Part shown: positions 1 to 7,720 of the stretch, piece after piece
Numbering within the stretch: position 1 is the first letter of the stretch
Layout of the letters: each line of letters starts with the position of its first letter
From: Deltaproteobacteria bacterium RBG_13_43_22
Lineage (GTDB): Bacteria > Desulfobacterota > RBG-13-43-22
Direction: 5' to 3'
DNA length: 64,000 nt
NCBI GenBank assembly: GCA_001797675.1
Contig: MGQB01000018.1
Span: 30,495 to 94,494, forward strand
Position numbers and translations under genes: made by a program
The notes under the pieces: generated by a model
What the model was told of the DNA's origin: nothing
Databases searched by the model: none
Seen by the model: only the letters and a program-made list of their open reading frames with translations

Positions 1-13
1 TCCCTGACCAAAA

Positions 14-125
14 GATATTTGAAATTCTGGAATCCAGGAGACAGGAGCCAGAATTCAGAATGAGAAGGAATCGGTTACAAGATTTATGGTTTTATTCTGG
101 CTTCTGGATTCTGACTCCTGGATTC
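14..125. repeat. Heptamer-word hairpin repeat (arms about 30-61 / 94-125); 5' flank gatatttgaaattct shared with the element at 56774
   Basis: Right arm reads CTGGCTT CTGGATT CTGACTC CTGGATT. It is the imperfect reverse complement of the left arm (gaatccaggagacaggagccagaattcagaat). The 15-nt flank at 14-28 is identical to 56774-56788. Confidence 0.7.
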
Positions 126-188
126 TAAGTATTGCAGCAAAGATCGAATAATAAATTCTTGGATAATGGTTTGTTAGAAGCTAATCCT

Positions 189-869
189 TCAAGTCCTATA
201 TTTCCCCGGATCCCGAATCCCTGCTTCGGCAAATCCCTTGAGCCTTAAAAGACAAGCGTCGCACTTCCCGCAGGCCTCACCCTTGAACGACGGATCATAA
301 CAGGTACTGGTCAGGCTGAAATCAACGCCCAGTTCCAGCCCCTTTTTGATAATCTGGGCCTTATTTAAATGGATAAGGGGCGTATGGATTTTGATTTTTT
401 TCCCTTCAACACCGGCCCTGGTGCCCAGGTCGGCCGTTCTCTCGAAGGCCTCGATAAACTCCGGCCGGCAATCGGGGTAGCCGCTGTAATCCAGGGCATT
501 GACCCCAATAAAAATATCTCTTGCCCCCAGCACTTCCGCCCAGGCCAGGGCCAGGGAAAGAAAGATGGTATTGCGGGCCGGAACATAGGTAATCGGGATA
601 TCCCTGGGGATCTCTTCCAAATCACGATCCTTCGGCACCTCGATGTCTGCTGTTAAAGCCGAACCGCCGAAACGACTTAAATCCACATCAAAAATCCGGT
701 GTTCGGTCACCTGGAAGTGACCGGCAATCCGTCCGGCTGCCTCGATTTCCCATTGGTGCCGCTGGCCGTATCTAAAGGTCAAGGCATAAAGTTCATACCC
801 TTGTTTTTTGGCCACCGCCAGGGTGGTGGAGGAATCCAATCCCCCGCTTAAAAGGACGATTGCTTTCAT
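189..869 (-). CDS. queC: 7-cyano-7-deazaguanine synthase
   Basis: 226-aa ORF with N-terminal PP-loop LLSGGLDSS and a C-terminal Cys cluster (CGKCDAC), as in QueC. Confidence 0.9.
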   Translation of the reverse strand: MKAIVLLSGGLDSSTTLAVAKKQGYELYALTFRYGQRHQWEIEAAGRIAGHFQVTEHRIFDVDLSRFGGSALTADIEVPKDRDLEEIPRDIPITYVPARNTIFLSLALAWAEVLGARDIFIGVNALDYSGYPDCRPEFIEAFERTADLGTRAGVEGKKIKIHTPLIHLNKAQIIKKGLELGVDFSLTSTCYDPSFKGEACGKCDACLLRLKGFAEAGIRDPGKYRT

Positions 870-1129
870 ACCCTCTCCATAAAATAGGTTGGATTATGTT
901 ACCATAAAGGCCATACCCGGACAATAATAACATGGAGGTCATCCCCAAGGGAATCGCCGGAGCGGGAAGTATTCCAGGAGTTCAAGGCCAAGGGTTCGAG
1001 GGAAAAGGAAAAGGACAAAGAGATGAAACCTCTTATTTTCACTTGACTTGTTAACTTCCCTTCTTTATGCTTTCTCCATCGAAAAATAAATTCTTGTAAC
1101 TTCATGGGGTAACCGTATTATTTTGAAGA

Positions 1130-2116
1130 GTGGCTAACCTTATGCTCATAAAAACATTAATATCTTTGGTTATTTTTGCCTTGATTTATTTTGGAATTGC
1201 CGTTGGATTAATTTTTATCGGGAAGCCCAAAGAGCCGGATCAGACCGGGCGAAGGATAGCCTTTGATGAGTTAGTGATAGATTACTCAAGACTGCCGAAA
1301 CTGAACACCTTTACAGCCAGAAACAACACCAGTTTATCTTATCGGGTCTATCCATCTAAATCAAGTAATGCCCTGATACTCCTGCACGGCTCAGGCTGGC
1401 ATAGCCGGTATTTCCTGCCCTTGGCCGAATTCATTAGTTCGGAGGGTTCGGCTCAGGTCTATACCCCGGATTTAAGGGGACATGGCTCTGCTCCTGAAAG
1501 ACGGGGTGATGTCGATTATATCGGACAATTGGAAGATGATCTGGCTGACTTTATCGCCTCTATCCGAAAAGATAATCCAGGCATAAAAAAATTGATTGTC
1601 GGCGGTCATTCTTCCGGAGGCGGACTGGCCATACGTTTTGCCGGAAGCCGATATGGCAAACAAGCAGACGCCTACTTGTTGCTTTCTCCCTTTCTTAAAT
1701 ATAACGCTCCGACCATGCGGCCGAATTCAGGCGAATGGGCCCGTCCTTATACCCAACGCATCATCGGACTGACCCTGCTCAATAATGTGGGGATTCATCG
1801 GTTGGATTATTTGACGGCCATGGAGTTCAATATGCCCCAGGAAGTTCGTGATGGGACTGAAACCCTTGCTTACTCGCATCGACTCAACACGTCTTACGCC
1901 CCCCGTGATTATAAAAAAGATCTGAAAGCGGCAACCCAACCCATATTGGTTGTTGCCGGGACGAAAGACGAGGCCTTCATCGCCGATCAATTTGAACCGG
2001 TCTTTTCGTCATATACCAATGCCCAGGTAAGGCTTCTGCCGGGTGTAACCCACATGGGACTCGTGGTTGGTCCTGAAATACGACCGGTGGTCAAAGAATG
2101 GCTTGAAGGGCCTTAG
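1130..2116 (+). CDS. Membrane-anchored alpha/beta-fold hydrolase (lysophospholipase-like)
   Basis: N-terminal hydrophobic helix, HG motif (LLHGSG) and nucleophile elbow GGHSSGG. The start may be GTG 1130 or ATG 1142. Confidence 0.75.
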   Translation: MANLMLIKTLISLVIFALIYFGIAVGLIFIGKPKEPDQTGRRIAFDELVIDYSRLPKLNTFTARNNTSLSYRVYPSKSSNALILLHGSGWHSRYFLPLAEFISSEGSAQVYTPDLRGHGSAPERRGDVDYIGQLEDDLADFIASIRKDNPGIKKLIVGGHSSGGGLAIRFAGSRYGKQADAYLLLSPFLKYNAPTMRPNSGEWARPYTQRIIGLTLLNNVGIHRLDYLTAMEFNMPQEVRDGTETLAYSHRLNTSYAPRDYKKDLKAATQPILVVAGTKDEAFIADQFEPVFSSYTNAQVRLLPGVTHMGLVVGPEIRPVVKEWLEGP

Positions 2117-2191
2117 GGGAGGACATCCAATAGAGCCATTCTTTATCTTCTCTTCAACTCTTTCCAAAAAATACTATTTTCCATCAAATCC

Positions 2192-4885
2192 TTAAATGCT
2201 TCTCAAGGCTTCTTTAACCCGTTCCGGGGTGAAGGGAACTTGGCGCAAACGGATGCCGGCCGCCTGAAAAACCGCATTGGCGATAGCCGCCGGGGCCGGT
2301 CCCATGGCCCCCTCGCCCACACCCAGATAAGGCTGTCCCGGTTGGTTGAGCAATACGGTTTCGATCTTGGGTGCATCGGGAAAGCGGAAAATCGGGTAGC
2401 TGTGCCAGTCGACGCTGATGACGCCGTGTTGGTCAAAGGCCACCTGTTCCTTCAGGGTCCAACTGGCCGACTGGATAAAGGCCCCTTCGATCTGGCTGCT
2501 CACGGCCTCGGGGTTGACGATCTGTCCCACATCGGCGGCCAGGACGGCCCGTTCCAGTCCTATCAGGCCGCTCGTTCGGTTTACGCGCAAGGCCACGAAA
2601 ACCGCCGTATAACATTGCCGGTTTTTATAGCGGGACAGGGCGATACCGTACCCCAGGTCCTTCTCTTCACCTTTTTTATCCGGCTTCCAACCCGCTTTTT
2701 CAAATACCGCATTAAGGACGGCCCGAGCCCTTTTGTCGGCTAAATTGCGGAGGCGAAATTCCACTGGATCGATGTTGGCTACCCAGGCCAGCTCGTCCAT
2801 AAACGATTCAATGGCAAAGATATTGGCATAGGAACCTAATCCTCTCAAGGCTGAGACGCGCAATGGACTATCCGCTAAAAAGTGTTTGACAATGCGCCGC
2901 CGGGGAAAGGTGTAGATCGGATCGGCGTTGCGGTGAATACCGACATGATAGGCCATGACGGGAAAGGGCCGGGGCTGTTTAAAGGGTTTGGCCAGATGCC
3001 AGGAAGACAGTAAACCGGAACTTTCTTTTGACGGTCGCGAACGTCCCATATGGGTGTATCCCCGGACATCGTGGTTCCAATCGATCACTTCGCCTCTGCT
3101 GTTCAGGCTGGCTTGCATTTGGACAATAGTGGCCGCACCATAAGGTTCCCAGGTATTCTCCTCGATCCGCGCCCACTTGAGCGATACGGGCCGTCCGGGA
3201 AGGGCCCGGGCCAGCAGGGCGGCATCCAGGGCGGCATCATCCGCCCCATTGTGACCGTAACAACCCGGTCCATCCCTATGGATGACATGGATGTCGTTCT
3301 TATCCATTTCCAAGACCTGAGCCAGGGCCGACCTTAAAGGAAAAGCCCCCTGGGTATGAGACCAGACGGACAGCTTGCCGTCGATCAGTTGGGCTACAGC
3401 AGCCGAGGGACCCAGAGAGGCATGCATATGATAAGGCCGAAAGTATGTTTCAGCCAAAGTATGGGCCGCTTCGGCCGGCGTTTCAATGGGAGGTACCGGG
3501 GTCTCCACCGGGGTCCCTTCGACTACGAGGAAGGCCTGATCCGGTTGGCTCAGCATATGTTCGAACAGGGTCTCATAGGTGGGGAGGGTCGCCTCGGTCT
3601 TCCAGACGGCGGATTTTCGAAGGGCTTCCACCGCTTGAACGGCCTGTTCTTCGCGCTCGGCGATAACGGCCAGAAAGTTGCCGTCACGAACCCATTTAAG
3701 GACGCCCGGCATTGAATTTACGGCCTCTCCATCCACGGAAACCAGTTTGGCTCCGTAATTAGGTGGGCGGACCACCCGGCCGTGAACCATTCCCGGAAAC
3801 TCCAGATCCTGGACAAAACGGGCCCGTCCGGTCACCTTGTCCAGCAGATCAAGACGATATAGGGACTGCCCGACAATTTGATATTTTTCGGGTGATTTAA
3901 GAAAACCTATCCCCATGACCTTGGTATTGAATTTTTTCCCTCCGAAAAGTTCCCAGTAGGTCACTTGGGCTCCGGTGACCGGATCGGTAATGGTACCGTC
4001 GAATAAAGTAAGGTTCTCTACGGGTGCATCCAATCTCTCCCCGGCCGCCTCAAGCAATAGTTGCCTGGCCTCGGCAGCGGCGTTGCGGATGGCGTTGCCG
4101 GAGGTCTCCAGAGACAGACTGCTGGCGGTAACCCCTTCGTTGGGAGACTCAGCCGTATCGGCCGTCACCACCCGGATGCGGTCCAGAGACAGGTCCAGTT
4201 CTTCAGCCCCGATCATGGCCACAGAGGTCTTGATGTCCTGACCGAGTTCCGCCTTACCGGTAAAAATGGTCACGGTTTCATCGGTATTGATGCGCACCCA
4301 TGAGTCCAGATCCGGGGTATGCATAAGAGAGCCGGCCAGGCCGTCGGCCGGAACCGGAGCTTCCGTTCCTGATAAAGAATCCGGTTCTTGGTTGAATCCT
4401 TCCCGAAATGAGGGGGTATCAACAGGATGCCCAGCCGCCCGTTTGACAGCCCTGAGAATCCGATCATAGATACCGCAGCGGCACAGATTGTTGGCAATTG
4501 CGGCCCTGATTTCCGCATCGGTTGGATCGGGATTTCGGTCCAGGAGGGCCTTGGAGGCCATGATCATGCCGGAGACACAAAAACCGCACTGGACGGCATG
4601 TTCTTCCATAAAGGCCTTCTGAAGGGGATGGAGATTCCCGGGGGTTCCCAGGCCTTCCAGGGTGGTAATCTCACGGCCCTGAACGGAACGAACCGACAGA
4701 CGGCAGGAGGGTACGGCCTGGCCGTCGATCAGGATCGTGCAGGCCCCGCATTGTTCCAAACCGCAGGCGAACTTGGCCGCTTTTAAACCCAGATCGTTGC
4801 GCAAAACATAGAGCAAGGGTGTTTCCGGATCGACCTGAACCTGATGCATCTGGCCGTTTACTTTTAAATGAATCTCTCGAACCAT
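2192..4885 (-). CDS. Fused [2Fe-2S] small subunit + molybdopterin-binding subunit of an IorA/IorB-like (isoquinoline 1-oxidoreductase / aldehyde dehydrogenase type) molybdenum hydroxylase
   Basis: 897 aa. The N-terminal roughly 150 aa has the two [2Fe-2S] Cys patterns (CGLEQCGACT; CGFC; CRCG). The remainder resembles IorB-type Mo-binding subunits. Confidence 0.8.
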   Translation of the reverse strand: MVREIHLKVNGQMHQVQVDPETPLLYVLRNDLGLKAAKFACGLEQCGACTILIDGQAVPSCRLSVRSVQGREITTLEGLGTPGNLHPLQKAFMEEHAVQCGFCVSGMIMASKALLDRNPDPTDAEIRAAIANNLCRCGIYDRILRAVKRAAGHPVDTPSFREGFNQEPDSLSGTEAPVPADGLAGSLMHTPDLDSWVRINTDETVTIFTGKAELGQDIKTSVAMIGAEELDLSLDRIRVVTADTAESPNEGVTASSLSLETSGNAIRNAAAEARQLLLEAAGERLDAPVENLTLFDGTITDPVTGAQVTYWELFGGKKFNTKVMGIGFLKSPEKYQIVGQSLYRLDLLDKVTGRARFVQDLEFPGMVHGRVVRPPNYGAKLVSVDGEAVNSMPGVLKWVRDGNFLAVIAEREEQAVQAVEALRKSAVWKTEATLPTYETLFEHMLSQPDQAFLVVEGTPVETPVPPIETPAEAAHTLAETYFRPYHMHASLGPSAAVAQLIDGKLSVWSHTQGAFPLRSALAQVLEMDKNDIHVIHRDGPGCYGHNGADDAALDAALLARALPGRPVSLKWARIEENTWEPYGAATIVQMQASLNSRGEVIDWNHDVRGYTHMGRSRPSKESSGLLSSWHLAKPFKQPRPFPVMAYHVGIHRNADPIYTFPRRRIVKHFLADSPLRVSALRGLGSYANIFAIESFMDELAWVANIDPVEFRLRNLADKRARAVLNAVFEKAGWKPDKKGEEKDLGYGIALSRYKNRQCYTAVFVALRVNRTSGLIGLERAVLAADVGQIVNPEAVSSQIEGAFIQSASWTLKEQVAFDQHGVISVDWHSYPIFRFPDAPKIETVLLNQPGQPYLGVGEGAMGPAPAAIANAVFQAAGIRLRQVPFTPERVKEALRSI

Positions 4886-4948
4886 GTTTTCCTCCTAAGG
4901 GCGATAAAGAGGATAAATTTTTCAAGGAAAAATAAAGTTATCGTTTTG

Positions 4949-4977
4949 AGGATATTGAGACTAATCCGGGATGTCAA
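4949..4977 (-). promoter_or_regulatory. Putative sigma-70 promoter for the 2192-4885 gene
   Basis: The minus strand reads TTGACA-N17-TATCCT about 65 nt upstream of the ATG. Confidence 0.35.
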
Positions 4978-5122
4978 GAAAGAACTGGGAAATCCGTCAA
5001 TTGGGAAGTCCTCAAAAAACCAGGTACCGTTGTCTCCAATTTAAGGCAAATTATTCACAATTGGGGAGGTTCAGGAAAAATCTGAACCCGTCCCCGATTT
5101 CTTCAGGTTTTTCCCTTTTCGA

Positions 5123-5151
5123 TTGATTTTAACTGTTGGATATGTTTTAAT
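5123..5151 (+). promoter_or_regulatory. Putative sigma-70 promoter with no downstream CDS
   Basis: TTGATT-N17-TTTAAT on the plus strand, about 80 nt upstream of an intrinsic terminator. Confidence 0.25.
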
Positions 5152-5228
5152 TTGTTCATTAAAAAATAAGCGTTCCTCCAATCGGCAACCCCAAACCCGA
5201 GAGGCTGGTCCAAGAAGCAGTCCGACAA

Positions 5229-5266
5229 GACCCCATTTTTCAAAAAAGAAATGGGGTTTTTATTTT
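5229..5266 (+). terminator. Rho-independent terminator (orphan, plus strand)
   Basis: Stem ccccattt / aaatgggg followed by tttttatttt. No plus-strand CDS lies upstream. Confidence 0.6.
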
Positions 5267-5337
5267 GATGTGGATGATAAAAGGGAGTAGAATAATTGGA
5301 TTAAATCAAAAACAATCGGACAAATGGGAGGAAATAA

Positions 5338-5359
5338 GTTGTTTTAGAACCAACGTCCC
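5338..5359 (+). repeat. Copy 1 of the roughly 20-bp terminal motif (gttgttttagaACCAACGTCCC)
   Basis: 19/22 identical to 8765-8786 in direct orientation. Its core is the inverted complement of 7703-7725. Confidence 0.7.
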
Positions 5360-5420
5360 GTCCCACGCTTGCATGTGCCTTCGGCACCGCAAGCTCGTGC
5401 CACGGGTCAACGCCGCATTA
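5349..5420. repeat. attC/REP-like imperfect palindrome S0
   Basis: Arms cccgtcccacgcttgc / gcaagctcgtgccacggg with bulges and a loop containing GCCTTCGGC. The 22-nt 3' motif gccacgggtcaacgccgcatta is identical to 6262-6283. Confidence 0.6.
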
Positions 5421-5441
5421 GCTACATAAGGGATTGGTACT

Positions 5442-6131
5442 ATGCCTGAAGTTGCAATCCATTTTGCTGTGAAGAATAGTTTGGGTAACAGATCCAGCAT
5501 TTGGAAATGCTGGGCTAATATGGGAAACGGCAAGAATGACGTCTATGTCACGAATAGGGCTATAGGGAAGGCCGTAAAAACAAGCCTGCACGAATCCGGT
5601 TCATGGCATATCGCATTTGATTCGCGCTTCCTCAAAGAAGAAATCCAAGAAGAGAGTCGTTTACTATCAAATCGTTTCGTTGATAGATGGTCAAGGCCCG
5701 CTGAAATTGGTGCGGGGTGCACATTGGCTTTACGTATCATAATTCCCGAAGATACGATTACGATTCCCATGAGGAACACAGATCCCAATTCGACAGTCTG
5801 GATTTCAGCACCACCATCCGGTAAAGCAGTCGAGATTGTTTTGCTCTTGACGGCACCTCATTTCAAAACCTTGGGCTGGCCAGGGCGTGATACAATGGGG
5901 GCGCAGTTGCTTGAGAGTTTTCAGATTGAAAATGGCTATCGTTGCTGGATAGTTTACTATGTTATTGATAAACCTAAGATGGACCCCAGAAAGGGAGTAC
6001 CCACGTACTTCAAATCTGGAAAGCGAAACATTCAGAAAAGCCGAAAATACCGAGCCGTCATTTTTAGCGAATCGAAGGATGGCTCTCGTATTCTTTTTGA
6101 ATGCAATGTTCAAATACAAATGACCAGCTAA
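5442..6131 (+). CDS. Hypothetical protein (cassette-like ORF A)
   Basis: 229-aa ORF with no motif I recognise. It starts about 20 nt after palindrome S0. Confidence 0.5.
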   Translation: MPEVAIHFAVKNSLGNRSSIWKCWANMGNGKNDVYVTNRAIGKAVKTSLHESGSWHIAFDSRFLKEEIQEESRLLSNRFVDRWSRPAEIGAGCTLALRIIIPEDTITIPMRNTDPNSTVWISAPPSGKAVEIVLLLTAPHFKTLGWPGRDTMGAQLLESFQIENGYRCWIVYYVIDKPKMDPRKGVPTYFKSGKRNIQKSRKYRAVIFSESKDGSRILFECNVQIQMTS

Positions 6132-6148
6132 CCCGGCATTCAAGCGGA

Positions 6149-6186
6149 GCGCCAACAGCCGCGTCCGCTTAATTCTTTGTTGGCGC
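6149..6186. repeat. Short inverted repeat GCGCCAAC-N22-GTTGGCGC (S1a)
   Basis: Perfect 8-bp complementary boxes directly after the ORF A stop. A nested stem aagcgga/tccgctt lies inside. Confidence 0.5.
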
Positions 6187-6197
6187 CGCCGCAGGCG

Positions 6198-6283
6198 GCA
6201 CCAACAAAGCCATTGGACCCGATGTCCCTCGCTGCGTGGCCTTCGGCCCCCGCAGCAGCGGGCCACGGGTCAACGCCGCATTA
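6198..6283. repeat. attC/REP-like imperfect palindrome S1b (homologous to S0)
   Basis: Arms acccgatgtccctcgctgcg / cgcagcagcgggccacgggt, loop GCCTTCGGC, and the same 22-nt 3' motif as S0. Confidence 0.6.
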
Positions 6284-6297
6284 TGTGAAGGAGACCA

Positions 6298-6975
6298 ATG
6301 GACAAAGTACCTCAAATCGACAACGGAAAAAGACCGGAGGACTTTATCAATATTGTCAATCTACCCCACTTCCCAAGTAACACTCCATTTGGGAACCTCC
6401 TGCTTAAGGGCATGAACATAGTTCGTCGAATTGACAAGGTCAATTTGGAAATACGCCGTGTTTTTGGCTCCTATGTCCATCCGTCAAACCAAGACATAAA
6501 CAACCCGAACCCCCATCAGGACGTACTCGAACATCAATTCTATGCGGAACAGGTCGTTTATTGGTTGCGCAAAACGGCTGATGAAATCGTGGCCCTTGCG
6601 TATGTCATCAATCAGCACAGAAACACTGGGAGTTGGCCCGAATCGGTGCAAGTCGATTCTATCTCGGGTTTGAAAAACAGCCATTCGGAGGAACTCCGTC
6701 TCCTCTTTAAACCACACGAGGGGTTTCTCTCGACCCTCAACGAGATCGCGAATGCCTTCAAGCACTCGTTCATAAATACCGACATGACTTTGATTGGTTC
6801 TGAATACCCTGTTGTCTTCGCTCTCGGGTTGAAGTACAACAAACTGAGCAATCAGCCGAAGTTTTACACGGTCAGCTTCGCGGAGATGATCACTGCTTTC
6901 TCAGCATTCTACAAGCAATCCATGGCAGGGATTCAGGGGTGGGTCACATTCAGCAACGATAGCGACAAACCATGA
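6298..6975 (+). CDS. Hypothetical protein (cassette-like ORF B); weak HEPN-like N-x3-H motif
   Basis: 225-aa ORF with ANAFKH at residues 151-156. No other recognisable domain. Confidence 0.5.
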   Translation: MDKVPQIDNGKRPEDFINIVNLPHFPSNTPFGNLLLKGMNIVRRIDKVNLEIRRVFGSYVHPSNQDINNPNPHQDVLEHQFYAEQVVYWLRKTADEIVALAYVINQHRNTGSWPESVQVDSISGLKNSHSEELRLLFKPHEGFLSTLNEIANAFKHSFINTDMTLIGSEYPVVFALGLKYNKLSNQPKFYTVSFAEMITAFSAFYKQSMAGIQGWVTFSNDSDKP

Positions 6976-6982
6976 AAGGCGC

Positions 6983-7041
6983 ACATAACCCGTCGTTCCA
7001 CCGGATTGCTTACGCTCCCGGTGAACTCGGCGTTGGCTTGT
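6983..7041 (+). repeat. attC-like site S2 (59 bp)
   Basis: 5' ACATAAC, then imperfect arms ccgtcgttccaccgg / ccggtgaactcggcg with bulges, then 3' GTTGGCTTGT. The 3' box is the exact reverse complement of the 5' box of S3. Confidence 0.5.
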
Positions 7042-7089
7042 AGAAAATTACATCCTAAGATTTAGTTTGATAGGAGAAATGGGAGCAAT

Positions 7090-7647
7090 ATGAGATTGAT
7101 ACATTGGAGCTATTTCCTTGCCTTGGAAGAAGACTTTCTACGACTTGGCAGATTTGTAGAATTCAACAGTAAGAATTTCGCCACTTTCTCCCTTGAAATG
7201 GCACATCTGTTGCTGGCAGCTTCATCAGAAACCGATGTGGTACTCAAAATGCTGTGCAAGCTGTTCGCGCCTGATGCACAAAACGAAGCCAACTATCGTG
7301 CAACTATTCCGCAAAACATATCTGATTTTACGAAATTGAAGGTTGATATGCCAAGGTATGAACTGAGTTTCCAGCCATGGCAGCCTTGGGACAGTAATCA
7401 AACGCCTGATTGGTGGACAGCGTATAACAAAGTTAAGCATGAGCGTGATTCATACTATGAAAAGGCAAACCTTGGAAACGTCCTTCAGTCCATGGCGGCC
7501 CTTTTTGTGAGCAACCTTTACCTTTATAAGGACTTGGCTAATAAAGGCGAGTTGAGCCCTTGGCCGCAGCTCTTTTACCCTGAAGATCAGTATAGCACAG
7601 GAGTTACGCCCGGAGAAGGAGGCTGGGCGTTGGTTTGTAAGCTTTAA
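7090..7647 (+). CDS. Hypothetical protein (cassette-like ORF C); possible divergent HEPN-like protein
   Basis: 185-aa ORF. Helical N-terminus with an acidic patch (LALEEDFLRLGRFVEF) and WWTAYNKVKHER at residues 108-119. Confidence 0.5.
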   Translation: MRLIHWSYFLALEEDFLRLGRFVEFNSKNFATFSLEMAHLLLAASSETDVVLKMLCKLFAPDAQNEANYRATIPQNISDFTKLKVDMPRYELSFQPWQPWDSNQTPDWWTAYNKVKHERDSYYEKANLGNVLQSMAALFVSNLYLYKDLANKGELSPWPQLFYPEDQYSTGVTPGEGGWALVCKL

Positions 7648-7650
7648 CTC

Positions 7651-7720
7651 ACAAGCCAACAAGTAAATCCAGCGGACGGCTTACAGCCGCCGCTGATTTG
7701 AAGAAAGGGGGACGTTGGTG
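7651..7720 (+). repeat. attC-like site S3 (70 bp), abutting the left inverted repeat of the Y1 element
   Basis: 5' ACAAGCCAAC, arms aaatccagcggacggc / agccgccgctgattt with two extrahelical bases, loop GCTTAC as in S2, and 3' GTTGGTG. Confidence 0.5.

Noticed and set aside
5805-6266. 153-aa minus-strand ORF (Arg/Cys-rich)
   Set aside because: It lies antisense to ORF A and runs through the GC-rich palindromes S1a/S1b. The composition-driven open frame has an implausible low-complexity sequence.
5349-6283. Calling S0 and S1b canonical integron attC sites
   Set aside because: Both carry CAAC-type boxes in the same orientation at each end rather than inverted RYYYAAC/GTTRRRY boxes, and no intI gene is in the window. 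They are reported only as attC/REP-like.
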